From the NCBI RefSeq assembly GCF_050920415.1, contig NZ_CP169309.1: a stretch of DNA of 64,000 nt. One strand, written 5' to 3'. Below the pieces are notes generated by a model, which saw only the letters and a program-made list of their open reading frames with translations, was not told the DNA's origin and did not search any database. Source of the stretch: Escherichia coli. GTDB lineage: Bacteria; Pseudomonadota; Gammaproteobacteria; Enterobacterales; Enterobacteriaceae. Position 1 is the first letter of the stretch. Each line of letters starts with the position of its first letter. Shown piece after piece: positions 34,769 to 44,850 of this stretch. The position numbers and the translations under genes were made by a program.

Positions 34769-35857
34769 TTAGCCGTGACGGCGTTCGAACTCAATCATGA
34801 AGTCTGTCAGCGCTTTAACGCCTTCCAGAGGCATTGCGTTATAAATTGACGCACGCATACCGCCGACCACACGATGCCCTTTCAGGGCATGCAGCCCCGC
34901 AGCAAAAGACTCTTCAAGGAACAATTTGTCAAGCGCACTGTCCGCCAACTGGAACGGCACGTTCATCCGCGAACGGTTAGCTTTCGCCACGTCATTGCGG
35001 TAGAAATCGCTGTTATCAATCACCCCATACAGCAGTTCTGCTTTTTGCTGATTGATTTTATCCATTGCAGCCACGCCGCCGTTCGCTTTCAGCCATTTGA
35101 ATACCAGACCGGACAGGTACCAGGCAAATGTCGGCGGCGTGTTAAACATTGAGTCGTTATCGTTAAGGATGGAATAATCCAGAATCGACGGACAAGCGAT
35201 ATTCGCTTTACCCAGTAAGTCTTCACGAACGATGACGATTGTCAGGCCCGCCGGGCCGATATTTTTCTGTGCGCCAGCATAAATCACACCGTAACGACTG
35301 ACGTCAATTGGACGGGAAAGAATCGTTGAAGAGAAGTCGGCTGCAACCACCACTTCTTTACCAAAGTCTGGCGTTTCGTCGATGGCGATACCATCGATGG
35401 TCTCATTTGGGCAGTAATGCATATAAGCGGCATTATCAGAGAGCTGCCATTCACGCATTGGCTTAACCGCACGAAGACCATCAACAGTCACTTTGGCGTC
35501 AAAGACATTTGGCTTGCAGTATTTTTTCGCTTCTTTAATGGCACTTGCCGCCCAGTAACCGGCATCAACATAATCTGCAGTGGTTTTATCACCAAGAATA
35601 TTCAGCGGAACAGCAGCAAACTGACCGCGACCACCGCCGTGGCAGAACAATACTTTATAGTTGGAGGGGATATTAAGAAGATCGCGAAAATCCTTCTCGG
35701 CTTCCTCTGCAACCTGAATGAACTCTTTACCACGGTGGCTCACTTCCATCACCGACGTACCAAGACCGTTCCAGTCGCGCAGTTCCTGTTGAGCCTGTTT
35801 AAGCACCTCTGCCGGTAGCATTGCCGGACCAGAACTAAAATTGAAGATTTGAGCCAT
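34769..35857 (-). CDS. serC: Phosphoserine aminotransferase
   Basis: 362-aa ORF, N-terminus [15 protein letters not shown]; upstream of aroA in the serC-aroA operon arrangement. Confidence 0.96.
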   Translation of the reverse strand: MAQIFNFSSGPAMLPAEVLKQAQQELRDWNGLGTSVMEVSHRGKEFIQVAEEAEKDFRDLLNIPSNYKVLFCHGGGRGQFAAVPLNILGDKTTADYVDAGYWAASAIKEAKKYCKPNVFDAKVTVDGLRAVKPMREWQLSDNAAYMHYCPNETIDGIAIDETPDFGKEVVVAADFSSTILSRPIDVSRYGVIYAGAQKNIGPAGLTIVIVREDLLGKANIACPSILDYSILNDNDSMFNTPPTFAWYLSGLVFKWLKANGGVAAMDKINQQKAELLYGVIDNSDFYRNDVAKANRSRMNVPFQLADSALDKLFLEESFAAGLHALKGHRVVGGMRASIYNAMPLEGVKALTDFMIEFERRHG

Positions 35858-36055
35858 TTCCCCTCACCACGTTGCGTTGCCATTAACCCACGGACAATCG
35901 ATTGCGACCGCGGGTAATACATTATTCCTGTGGCTATCGGTTTTATCATTCAGTGGCGCGCATCGCAATGGGTAAAACAGTCGAGGGCAAAAATGCGGCA
36001 CGCGTCACACAATAGAATCTCTCGGATTATTGTCCAAAAACCGATTTTTTTGCTG

Positions 36056-36748
36056 TCAGGTCACCCGTTTAGCCCGACTTGCCTTCGTCCATTCTGGATT
36101 TGCACAGCGCGGACATAATTGTTTTTCCCCTGCGTTCATATGAATGATCTCACTGCAACGGATGCAAGCATAGTCCGCCGACTCAGGCACCACTTTGTAA
36201 CGCTGAGTACAGTCACTGGGTAAAATAAGTAATCCCGGTTTGACCTTGTCATCTTCAAAGAAATAGACACTGATTTGCCCGTTGGTTTCGAGAATCGCCA
36301 GACGTACCTGCCCCAACTGCTCCACTCCACGCAGTCGCAGCTCCATAAAGAACTCAAATTCCGTCATGTTGGAGTTATTAAGTTTCGACCAGGCCAGCTC
36401 ACCATCCTCAATAATGACAACCGGCTTGCCTTCCAGAAGATCCTCCAGTTTTTCACTGTGCGCCATCAACCACATTACCAGACGGTATAACAACGCCAGA
36501 GTAATAAAGACGATAAGCACCGGAACCATCGGCACATCATCATAAAACGCCACATCCCCCGCCGCTGACCCCAGCGTCAGAATGATTAACACTTCAAAAA
36601 GCGACATCTGCCGCACACCGCGTCTTCCGGTCATTTTGAGGAACAAAAAAACCAGTACAAAGGTATAAAGACTACGTAGTGCAACTTCGCCAAGGAAATC
36701 AAAAGGCACTTTATCAAGTGCCATACGGTGGAGATCGAACGCCTTCAT
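36056..36748 (-). CDS. ycaP: DUF421 (YetF-like) family membrane protein YcaP
   Basis: 230-aa ORF with N-terminal TM segments; position between serC and ycaO. Confidence 0.85.
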   Translation of the reverse strand: MKAFDLHRMALDKVPFDFLGEVALRSLYTFVLVFLFLKMTGRRGVRQMSLFEVLIILTLGSAAGDVAFYDDVPMVPVLIVFITLALLYRLVMWLMAHSEKLEDLLEGKPVVIIEDGELAWSKLNNSNMTEFEFFMELRLRGVEQLGQVRLAILETNGQISVYFFEDDKVKPGLLILPSDCTQRYKVVPESADYACIRCSEIIHMNAGEKQLCPRCANPEWTKASRAKRVT

Positions 36749-36877
36749 TTTTATGCTCTTATCGTGGTTTATCCACTAAAAGCATAGTCAACAGTTCATC
36801 GGCATGGCGGCGGTGATAGCGCCTTTGAGATAAAACCCGTATTATTGCGCGCTTTCCGTACGACTAAAGTGATTTTC

Positions 36878-38638
36878 ATGACGCAAACATTTATCCCCGG
36901 CAAAGATGCCGCTCTGGAAGATTCCATCGCTCGCTTCCAGCAAAAACTTTCAGACCTCGGTTTTCAGATTGAAGAGGCCTCCTGGCTGAATCCCGTGCCT
37001 AACGTCTGGTCTGTACATATTCGCGACAAAGAGTGCGCACTGTGTTTTACCAACGGTAAAGGCGCAACCAAAAAAGCGGCGCTGGCTTCTGCACTCGGTG
37101 AATATTTCGAGCGTCTGTCTACCAACTACTTTTTTGCTGACTTCTGGCTGGGCGAAACCATCGCCAACGGTCCATTCGTGCATTATCCCAACGAAAAATG
37201 GTTCCCACTGACCGAAAACGACGATGTACCAGAAGGGCTGCTCGATGACCGTCTGCGCGCATTTTACGATCCGGAGAATGAACTGACCGGCAGCATGCTG
37301 ATTGACCTACAATCTGGTAACGAAGATCGTGGTATTTGCGGTCTGCCGTTTACGCGCCAGTCCGACAATCAGATCGTTTATATTCCGATGAATATCATTG
37401 GTAACCTGTACGTTTCTAACGGTATGTCCGCTGGCAATACCCGAAACGAAGCACGCGTCCAGGGGTTGTCCGAAGTTTTCGAACGCTACGTGAAAAACCG
37501 GATTATTGCTGAAAGCATCAGCCTGCCAGAGATCCCGGCAGACGTGCTGGCGCGTTATCCAGCGGTGGTTGAAGCGATCGAAACACTGGAAGCGGAAGGT
37601 TTCCCGATCTTCGCTTATGATGCCTCGCTTGGCGGTCAATATCCGGTGATCTGCGTGGTACTGTTCAATCCAGCTAACGGTACCTGCTTTGCATCCTTCG
37701 GTGCACATCCTGATTTTGGCGTTGCACTGGAACGTACCGTGACCGAGTTGCTGCAAGGCCGCGGTCTGAAAGATTTGGATGTGTTTACTCCGCCAACCTT
37801 CGATGATGAAGAAGTCGCTGAACATACTAACCTCGAAACGCACTTTATCGATTCCAGCGGTTTAATCTCCTGGGACCTATTCAAGCAGGATGCTGATTAT
37901 CCGTTTGTGGACTGGAGCTTCTCAGGCACCACGGAAGAAGAGTTTGCTACGCTGATGGCTATCTTCAACAAAGAAGATAAAGAAGTTTATATTGCCGATT
38001 ACGAGCATCTGGGCGTTTATGCTTGCCGCATTATCGTGCCTGGCATGTCCGATATTTATCCGGCAGAAGATCTGTGGCTGGCGAATAACAGCATGGGCAG
38101 CCATTTACGTGAAACGATTCTTTCACTCCCAGGCAGCGAGTGGGAAAAAGAAGATTACCTGAACCTCATCGAGCAACTGGATGAAGAAGGTTTTGATGAC
38201 TTTACTCGCGTGCGTGAGCTGTTGGGTCTGGCGACCGGGTCGGATAACGGTTGGTACACCCTGCGTATCGGAGAATTAAAAGCCATGCTGGCGCTGGCTG
38301 GTGGCGATCTGGAACAGGCTCTGGTCTGGACCGAATGGACGATGGAGTTTAACTCATCAGTATTTAATCCGGAACGCGCCAACTATTATCGCTGTCTGCA
38401 AACGTTGTTATTACTGGCACAGGAAGAAGACCGCCAACCACTGCAATATCTGAATGCCTTCGTTCGTATGTATGGCGCAGATGCCGTAGAAGCCGCCAGT
38501 GCGGCAATGAGCGGTGAATCGGCGTTTTATGGCTTGCAACCCGTAGATAGCGATCTGCACGCGTTTGCTGCACATCAGTCGTTGTTGAAGGCCTACGAAA
38601 AGCTGCAGCGCGCCAAAGCAGCATTCTGGGCAAAATAA
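36878..38638 (+). CDS. ycaO: YcaO-domain protein (ATP-dependent; implicated with RimO in ribosomal protein S12 methylthiolation)
   Basis: ORF track 36845..38638; start chosen at the ATG at 36878 (MTQTFIPGKDAALEDS), giving 586 aa; function from literature recall. Confidence 0.9.
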   Translation: MTQTFIPGKDAALEDSIARFQQKLSDLGFQIEEASWLNPVPNVWSVHIRDKECALCFTNGKGATKKAALASALGEYFERLSTNYFFADFWLGETIANGPFVHYPNEKWFPLTENDDVPEGLLDDRLRAFYDPENELTGSMLIDLQSGNEDRGICGLPFTRQSDNQIVYIPMNIIGNLYVSNGMSAGNTRNEARVQGLSEVFERYVKNRIIAESISLPEIPADVLARYPAVVEAIETLEAEGFPIFAYDASLGGQYPVICVVLFNPANGTCFASFGAHPDFGVALERTVTELLQGRGLKDLDVFTPPTFDDEEVAEHTNLETHFIDSSGLISWDLFKQDADYPFVDWSFSGTTEEEFATLMAIFNKEDKEVYIADYEHLGVYACRIIVPGMSDIYPAEDLWLANNSMGSHLRETILSLPGSEWEKEDYLNLIEQLDEEGFDDFTRVRELLGLATGSDNGWYTLRIGELKAMLALAGGDLEQALVWTEWTMEFNSSVFNPERANYYRCLQTLLLLAQEEDRQPLQYLNAFVRMYGADAVEAASAAMSGESAFYGLQPVDSDLHAFAAHQSLLKAYEKLQRAKAAFWAK

Positions 38639-38969
38639 AATCAAATAGCCTACGCAATGTAGGCTTAATGATTCGTCTGAGTTATATTACGGGGCGTTTT
38701 TTTAATGCCCCGCTTTACATATATTTGCATTAATAAAATAATTGTAATTATAAAGTTAAATATCGGTAATTTGTATTTAATAAATACGATCGATATTGTT
38801 ACTTTATTCGCCTGGTGCTCCCTTTTAATTAACTGTTTTAGCGGAGGATGCGGAAAAAATTCAACTCATTTGTTAATTTTTAAAATTTATTTTTATTTGG
38901 ATAATCAAATATTTACTCCGTATTTGCATAAAAACCATGCGAGTTACGGGCCTATAAGCCAGGCGAGAT

Positions 38970-38998
38970 ATGATCTATATCAATTTCTCATCTATAAT
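38970..38998 (+). promoter_or_regulatory. Candidate FNR half-site palindrome (ATGATctatATCAA) with adjacent TATAAT -10 hexamer in the focA-pflB upstream promoter region
   Basis: Seen directly: near-consensus TTGAT-N4-ATCAA at 38970-38983 and TATAAT at 38993-38998 in a ~400-bp AT-rich region upstream of focA; the pfl operon is known to be FNR-activated from multiple promoters. The spacing to the -10 is not classical, so the exact assignment is uncertain. Confidence 0.4.
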
Positions 38999-39043
38999 GC
39001 TTTGTTAGTATCTCGTCGCCGACTTAATAAAGAGAGAGTTAGT

Positions 39044-39901
39044 GTGAAAGCTGACAACCCTTTTGATCTTTTACTTCCTGCAGCAATGGCCAAAGTGGCC
39101 GAAGAGGCAGGTGTCTATAAAGCAACGAAACATCCGCTTAAGACTTTCTATCTGGCGATTACCGCCGGTGTTTTCATCTCAATCGCATTCGTCTTCTATA
39201 TCACAGCAACCACTGGCACAGGAACAATGCCCTTCGGCATGGCAAAACTGGTTGGCGGCATTTGCTTCTCTCTGGGGCTGATTCTTTGTGTTGTCTGCGG
39301 AGCCGATCTCTTTACTTCCACAGTGTTGATTGTTGTTGCTAAGGCGAGTGGGCGCATCACCTGGGGTCAGTTGGCGAAAAACTGGCTAAATGTCTATTTT
39401 GGCAACCTGGTCGGCGCACTGCTGTTTGTACTTTTAATGTGGCTTTCCGGCGAGTATATGACCGCGAATGGTCAATGGGGACTAAACGTCCTACAAACCG
39501 CCGACCACAAAGTGCACCATACTTTTATTGAGGCCGTCTGTCTTGGTATCCTGGCAAACCTGATGGTATGTCTGGCAGTATGGATGAGTTATTCTGGCCG
39601 CAGCCTGATGGATAAAGCGTTCATTATGGTGCTGCCGGTCGCGATGTTTGTTGCCAGCGGTTTTGAGCACAGTATCGCAAACATGTTTATGATCCCGATG
39701 GGTATTGTAATCCGCGACTTCGCATCTCCGGAATTCTGGACCGCTGTCGGTTCTGCACCGGAAAATTTTTCTCACCTGACCGTGATGAACTTCATCACTG
39801 ATAACCTGATTCCGGTTACGATCGGTAATATTATCGGCGGTGGTTTGTTGGTTGGGTTGACATACTGGGTCATTTACCTGCGTGAAAACGATCACCATTA
39901 A
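39044..39901 (+). CDS. focA: Formate channel FocA (formate-nitrite transporter family)
   Basis: ORF track 38705..39901 extends far upstream; start chosen at GTG 39044 (VKADNPFDLLLPAAMAK), giving 285 aa; FNT-family polytopic membrane protein. Confidence 0.88.
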   Translation: MKADNPFDLLLPAAMAKVAEEAGVYKATKHPLKTFYLAITAGVFISIAFVFYITATTGTGTMPFGMAKLVGGICFSLGLILCVVCGADLFTSTVLIVVAKASGRITWGQLAKNWLNVYFGNLVGALLFVLLMWLSGEYMTANGQWGLNVLQTADHKVHHTFIEAVCLGILANLMVCLAVWMSYSGRSLMDKAFIMVLPVAMFVASGFEHSIANMFMIPMGIVIRDFASPEFWTAVGSAPENFSHLTVMNFITDNLIPVTIGNIIGGGLLVGLTYWVIYLRENDHH

Positions 39902-39955
39902 TGGTTGTCGAAGTACGCAGTAAATAAAAAATCCACTTAAGAAGGTAGGTGTTAC

Positions 39956-42238
39956 ATGTCCGAGCTTAATGAAAAGTTAGCCACAGCCTGGGAAGGTTTT
40001 ACCAAAGGTGACTGGCAGAATGAAGTAAACGTCCGTGACTTCATTCAGAAAAACTACACTCCGTACGAGGGTGACGAGTCCTTCCTGGCTGGCGCTACTG
40101 AAGCGACCACCACCCTGTGGGACAAAGTAATGGAAGGCGTTAAACTGGAAAACCGCACTCACGCGCCAGTTGACTTTGACACCGCTGTTGCTTCCACCAT
40201 CACCTCTCACGACGCTGGCTACATCAACAAAGCGTTGGAAAAAGTTGTTGGTCTGCAGACTGAAGCTCCGCTGAAACGTGCTCTTATCCCGTTCGGTGGT
40301 ATCAAAATGATCGAAGGTTCCTGCAAAGCGTACAACCGCGAACTGGACCCGATGATCAAAAAAATCTTCACTGAATACCGTAAAACTCACAACCAGGGCG
40401 TGTTCGACGTTTACACTCCGGACATCCTGCGTTGCCGTAAATCCGGTGTTCTGACCGGTCTGCCAGATGCTTATGGCCGTGGTCGTATCATCGGTGACTA
40501 CCGTCGCGTTGCGCTGTACGGTATCGACTACCTGATGAAAGACAAATACGCTCAGTTCACCTCTCTGCAGGCTGATCTGGAAAACGGCGTAAACCTGGAA
40601 CAGACTATCCGTCTGCGCGAAGAAATCGCTGAACAGCACCGCGCTCTGGGTCAGATGAAAGAAATGGCTGCGAAATACGGCTACGACATCTCTGGTCCGG
40701 CTACCAACGCTCAGGAAGCTATCCAGTGGACTTACTTCGGCTACCTGGCTGCTGTTAAGTCTCAGAACGGTGCTGCAATGTCCTTCGGTCGTACCTCCAC
40801 CTTCCTGGATGTGTACATCGAACGTGACCTGAAAGCTGGCAAGATCACCGAACAAGAAGCGCAGGAAATGGTTGACCACCTGGTCATGAAACTGCGTATG
40901 GTTCGCTTCCTGCGTACTCCGGAATACGATGAACTGTTCTCTGGCGACCCGATCTGGGCAACCGAATCTATCGGTGGTATGGGCCTCGACGGTCGTACCC
41001 TGGTTACCAAAAACAGCTTCCGTTTCCTGAACACCCTGTACACCATGGGTCCGTCTCCGGAACCGAACATGACCATTCTGTGGTCTGAAAAACTGCCGCT
41101 GAACTTCAAGAAATTCGCTGCTAAAGTGTCCATCGACACCTCTTCTCTGCAGTATGAGAACGATGACCTGATGCGTCCGGACTTCAACAACGATGACTAC
41201 GCTATCGCTTGCTGCGTAAGCCCGATGATCGTTGGTAAACAAATGCAGTTCTTCGGTGCGCGTGCAAACCTGGCGAAAACCATGCTGTACGCAATCAACG
41301 GCGGCGTTGACGAAAAACTGAAAATGCAGGTTGGTCCGAAATCTGAACCGATCAAAGGCGACGTCCTGAACTACGATGAAGTGATGGAGCGCATGGATCA
41401 CTTCATGGACTGGCTGGCTAAACAGTACATCACTGCACTGAACATCATCCACTACATGCACGACAAGTACAGCTACGAAGCCTCTCTAATGGCGCTGCAC
41501 GACCGTGACGTTATCCGCACCATGGCATGTGGTATTGCTGGTCTGTCCGTTGCTGCTGACTCCCTGTCTGCAATCAAATATGCGAAAGTTAAACCGATTC
41601 GTGACGAAGACGGTCTGGCTATCGACTTCGAAATCGAAGGCGAATACCCGCAGTTTGGTAACAACGACCCGCGTGTAGATGACCTGGCGGTTGACCTGGT
41701 AGAACGTTTCATGAAGAAAATTCAGAAACTGCACACCTACCGTGACGCAATCCCGACTCAGTCTGTTCTGACCATCACTTCTAACGTTGTGTATGGTAAG
41801 AAAACTGGTAACACCCCAGACGGTCGTCGTGCTGGCGCGCCGTTCGGACCGGGTGCTAACCCGATGCACGGTCGTGACCAGAAAGGTGCTGTAGCATCTC
41901 TGACTTCCGTTGCTAAACTGCCGTTTGCTTACGCTAAAGATGGTATCTCCTACACCTTCTCTATCGTTCCGAACGCACTGGGTAAAGACGACGAAGTTCG
42001 TAAGACCAACCTGGCTGGTCTGATGGATGGTTACTTCCACCACGAAGCATCCATCGAAGGTGGTCAGCACCTGAACGTTAACGTGATGAACCGTGAAATG
42101 CTGCTCGACGCGATGGAAAACCCGGAAAAATATCCGCAGCTGACCATCCGTGTATCTGGCTACGCAGTACGTTTCAACTCGCTGACTAAAGAACAGCAGC
42201 AGGACGTTATTACTCGTACCTTCACTCAATCTATGTAA
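39956..42238 (+). CDS. pflB: Pyruvate formate-lyase (glycyl radical enzyme)
   Basis: 760-aa ORF; C-terminal glycyl-radical motif RVSGYAVRF; N-terminus [15 protein letters not shown]. Confidence 0.97.
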   Translation: MSELNEKLATAWEGFTKGDWQNEVNVRDFIQKNYTPYEGDESFLAGATEATTTLWDKVMEGVKLENRTHAPVDFDTAVASTITSHDAGYINKALEKVVGLQTEAPLKRALIPFGGIKMIEGSCKAYNRELDPMIKKIFTEYRKTHNQGVFDVYTPDILRCRKSGVLTGLPDAYGRGRIIGDYRRVALYGIDYLMKDKYAQFTSLQADLENGVNLEQTIRLREEIAEQHRALGQMKEMAAKYGYDISGPATNAQEAIQWTYFGYLAAVKSQNGAAMSFGRTSTFLDVYIERDLKAGKITEQEAQEMVDHLVMKLRMVRFLRTPEYDELFSGDPIWATESIGGMGLDGRTLVTKNSFRFLNTLYTMGPSPEPNMTILWSEKLPLNFKKFAAKVSIDTSSLQYENDDLMRPDFNNDDYAIACCVSPMIVGKQMQFFGARANLAKTMLYAINGGVDEKLKMQVGPKSEPIKGDVLNYDEVMERMDHFMDWLAKQYITALNIIHYMHDKYSYEASLMALHDRDVIRTMACGIAGLSVAADSLSAIKYAKVKPIRDEDGLAIDFEIEGEYPQFGNNDPRVDDLAVDLVERFMKKIQKLHTYRDAIPTQSVLTITSNVVYGKKTGNTPDGRRAGAPFGPGANPMHGRDQKGAVASLTSVAKLPFAYAKDGISYTFSIVPNALGKDDEVRKTNLAGLMDGYFHHEASIEGGQHLNVNVMNREMLLDAMENPEKYPQLTIRVSGYAVRFNSLTKEQQQDVITRTFTQSM

Positions 42239-42280
42239 TTAGTTTTGACTGAAATCGTACAGTAAAAAGCGTACAATAAA

Positions 42281-42307
42281 GGCTCCACGAAAGTGGGGCC
42301 TTTTTTA
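42281..42307 (+). terminator. Candidate rho-independent terminator downstream of pflB
   Basis: Seen directly: GGCTCCAC-GAAA-GTGGGGCC stem-loop followed by TTTTTT. Confidence 0.65.
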
Positions 42308-42429
42308 GCACGAGAGCCTTTTTTGTCAGCTATCTATACTTTAAGGTGACTGCCAAAACAGACTCGACGTAGCCTTCGAGCTGCGCACCAACACGGCCTC
42401 AGATGGGCCACATCTGGAGAAACACCGCA

Positions 42430-43170
42430 ATGTCAGTTATTGGTCGCATTCACTCCTTTGAATCCTGTGGAACCGTAGACGGCCCGGGTATTCGCTTTAT
42501 CACCTTTTTCCAGGGCTGCCTGATGCGCTGCCTGTATTGTCATAACCGCGACACCTGGGACACGCATGGCGGTAAAGAAGTTACCGTTGAAGATTTGATG
42601 AAGGAAGTGGTGACCTATCGCCACTTTATGAACGCTTCCGGCGGCGGCGTTACCGCATCCGGCGGTGAAGCAATCCTGCAAGCTGAGTTTGTTCGTGACT
42701 GGTTCCGCGCCTGCAAAAAAGAAGGCATTCATACCTGTCTGGATACCAACGGTTTTGTTCGTCGTTACGATCCGGTGATTGATGAACTGCTGGAAGTAAC
42801 CGACCTGGTAATGCTCGATCTCAAACAGATGAACGACGAGATCCACCAAAATCTGGTTGGAGTTTCCAACCACCGCACGCTGGAGTTTGCTAAATATCTG
42901 GCGAATAAAAATGTGAAGGTGTGGATCCGCTACGTTGTTGTCCCAGGCTGGTCTGACGATGACGATTCAGCGCATCGCCTCGGTGAATTTACCCGTGATA
43001 TGGGCAACGTTGAGAAAATCGAGCTTCTCCCCTACCACGAGCTGGGCAAACACAAATGGGTGGCGATGGGTGAAGAATACAAACTTGATGGTGTTAAACC
43101 ACCGAAGAAAGAGACCATGGAACGCGTGAAAGGCATTCTTGAGCAGTACGGTCATAAGGTAATGTTCTAA
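42430..43170 (+). CDS. pflA: Pyruvate formate-lyase activating enzyme (radical SAM)
   Basis: ORF track 42403..43170; start chosen at the ATG at 42430 ([23 protein letters not shown]), giving 246 aa; radical-SAM CxxxCxxC ([10 protein letters not shown]). Confidence 0.95.
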   Translation: MSVIGRIHSFESCGTVDGPGIRFITFFQGCLMRCLYCHNRDTWDTHGGKEVTVEDLMKEVVTYRHFMNASGGGVTASGGEAILQAEFVRDWFRACKKEGIHTCLDTNGFVRRYDPVIDELLEVTDLVMLDLKQMNDEIHQNLVGVSNHRTLEFAKYLANKNVKVWIRYVVVPGWSDDDDSAHRLGEFTRDMGNVEKIELLPYHELGKHKWVAMGEEYKLDGVKPPKKETMERVKGILEQYGHKVMF

Positions 43171-43251
43171 TTTCCCCGTAAAGCGGCAACTTTATTGAGT
43201 TGCCGCTTTGTTATTCCGCGCTTCATTCTGCTACAGCGTTTTTAACACATC

Positions 43252-43842
43252 TTATAGTGCATCTACCATATCCCGTACCTGAGATAATAACGACTGATAA
43301 TAGCTCGCGTGAAGTTCTTCCCCATCGAATACCACTGTATTACACAAGAAAGTGACATCGGCATCTTCAATACCAAGATAACTGCACATATTTATCAAAT
43401 AATCGCTTATATTTTTTTCCCAGCCTATCTGGACAAATGATTCTTTGTCTCCTCCAACCAGCGCCACCCAACGAACTTTATTGAATGGTAATTTGTGCCC
43501 ATCTCCATAAGCCAGCCCATTATTCCATACTCTGTCAATATATCCTTTTAGCATTGCTGGGAAGCTGTACCACCAGAGAGGAAAAACCACCACTAACGTG
43601 TCATGTTCAAGCAGCTCTGAATAAAGCTGATGAACCTCTGGAGAATAACGTTTATCCATATTCTTCCAGTCTGGTTCATCTTCCGGCGTCATCACCGGGT
43701 TGAAATTACGCCGATATAAATCGAGTTCCGTCACCTGTATTTTCCGCTCCATTGCCCGCTGATGGATCGCATCAGCAATATGTGCGGTCAATGAATCATG
43801 ACGAGGATGGGCCCATACCAAATAAATACGTTCAGACTGCAT
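43252..43842 (-). CDS. ycaK: Flavodoxin-like-fold NAD(P)H oxidoreductase family protein YcaK
   Basis: 196-aa ORF; N-terminal pattern IYLVWAHPRHDSLT resembles NAD(P)H:quinone oxidoreductase / KefF-MdaB-like proteins (inference). Confidence 0.8.
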   Translation of the reverse strand: MQSERIYLVWAHPRHDSLTAHIADAIHQRAMERKIQVTELDLYRRNFNPVMTPEDEPDWKNMDKRYSPEVHQLYSELLEHDTLVVVFPLWWYSFPAMLKGYIDRVWNNGLAYGDGHKLPFNKVRWVALVGGDKESFVQIGWEKNISDYLINMCSYLGIEDADVTFLCNTVVFDGEELHASYYQSLLSQVRDMVDAL

Positions 43843-43941
43843 AATTTTACCTCCACGTTAAGTTCTGGAGCGCACTTTACGCAGGCGGCATCATCCTGTA
43901 AACGTGATGATTCAGGATGAGTTAATGAAGGATTTTCACTA

Positions 43942-44850
43942 ATGCGGATGAATATGTCTGACTTTGCCACTTTCTTTGCCGTGGCCCGTAATCAAAGCTT
44001 TCGTGCAGCAGGCGATGAGTTAGGCTTATCTTCGTCCGCCATTAGCCATAGTATTAAAACACTGGAACAACGTCTTAAAATTCGCTTATTCAATCGGACA
44101 ACCCGAAGCGTATCGTTAACGGAAGCGGGTTCTAATCTCTATGAACGATTGCGCCCAGCTTTCGACGAAATTCAGATCATGTTAGATGAGATGAATGATT
44201 TTCGTCTGACACCGACAGGTACGCTCAAAATCAATGCCGCCCGGGTAGCTGCACGTATATTTTTAATACCTTTACTGGTTGGTTTCACACGTGAATATCC
44301 TGATATTAAAGTCGAGCTCACAACTGACGACTCTCTTGTTGATATCGTCCAGCAGGGCTTTGACGCTGGCGTTCGACTTAGTGGCATCGTCGAAAAAGAT
44401 ATGATCAGCGTGGCGATCGGCCCGCCAGTGAAATTATGTGTAGCAGCAACGCCAGAGTACTTTGCAAGATATGGCAAACCCCGCCATCCTCATGATCTGC
44501 TTAATCATCAATGTGTTGTTTTTCGTTATCCCAGCGGCAAACCTTTCCACTGGCAATTTGCAAAGGAGCTGGAAATTGCTGTCGCAGGAAATATCATTCT
44601 GGATGATGTTGATGCTGAACTGGATGCCGTTTTGATGGGTGCTGGTATCGGGTATCTGCTCTATGAACAGATCAAGGAGTACCTTGATACCGGTCGTTTA
44701 GAATGTGTACTGGAAGACTGGATCACAGAGCGTCCAGGCTTCCAGATCTATTACCCAAACCGCCAGTATATGTCCTGCGGCTTGCGCGCATTTCTCGATT
44801 ATGTAAAAACGGGTCAGATCTGCCAGAGTCAGCGTCACCGACCACAATAA
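43942..44850 (+). CDS. ycaN: LysR-type transcriptional regulator YcaN
   Basis: 302-aa ORF; N-terminal HTH typical of LTTRs (FRAAGDELGLSSSAISHSIKTLEQRLKIRLFNRTTR); divergent from ycaK. Confidence 0.88.
   Translation: MRMNMSDFATFFAVARNQSFRAAGDELGLSSSAISHSIKTLEQRLKIRLFNRTTRSVSLTEAGSNLYERLRPAFDEIQIMLDEMNDFRLTPTGTLKINAARVAARIFLIPLLVGFTREYPDIKVELTTDDSLVDIVQQGFDAGVRLSGIVEKDMISVAIGPPVKLCVAATPEYFARYGKPRHPHDLLNHQCVVFRYPSGKPFHWQFAKELEIAVAGNIILDDVDAELDAVLMGAGIGYLLYEQIKEYLDTGRLECVLEDWITERPGFQIYYPNRQYMSCGLRAFLDYVKTGQICQSQRHRPQ

Noticed and set aside
38705-39043. Upstream extension of the focA ORF (398-aa version in the ORF track)
   Set aside because: The extension runs through the AT-rich promoter region and would add a poorly hydrophobic, odd-composition N-terminus to a channel protein. 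The GTG at 39044 gives the expected 285-aa FocA.
39977-42229. Long minus-strand ORFs antisense to pflB (39977-41461, 494 aa; 41486-42229, 247 aa; 40762-41190, 142 aa)
   Set aside because: Same artefact: pflB is a strongly codon-biased, highly expressed gene. The antisense translations are V/F/T/S-rich without motifs, and accepting them would require displacing a glycyl-radical enzyme with intact catalytic motifs.
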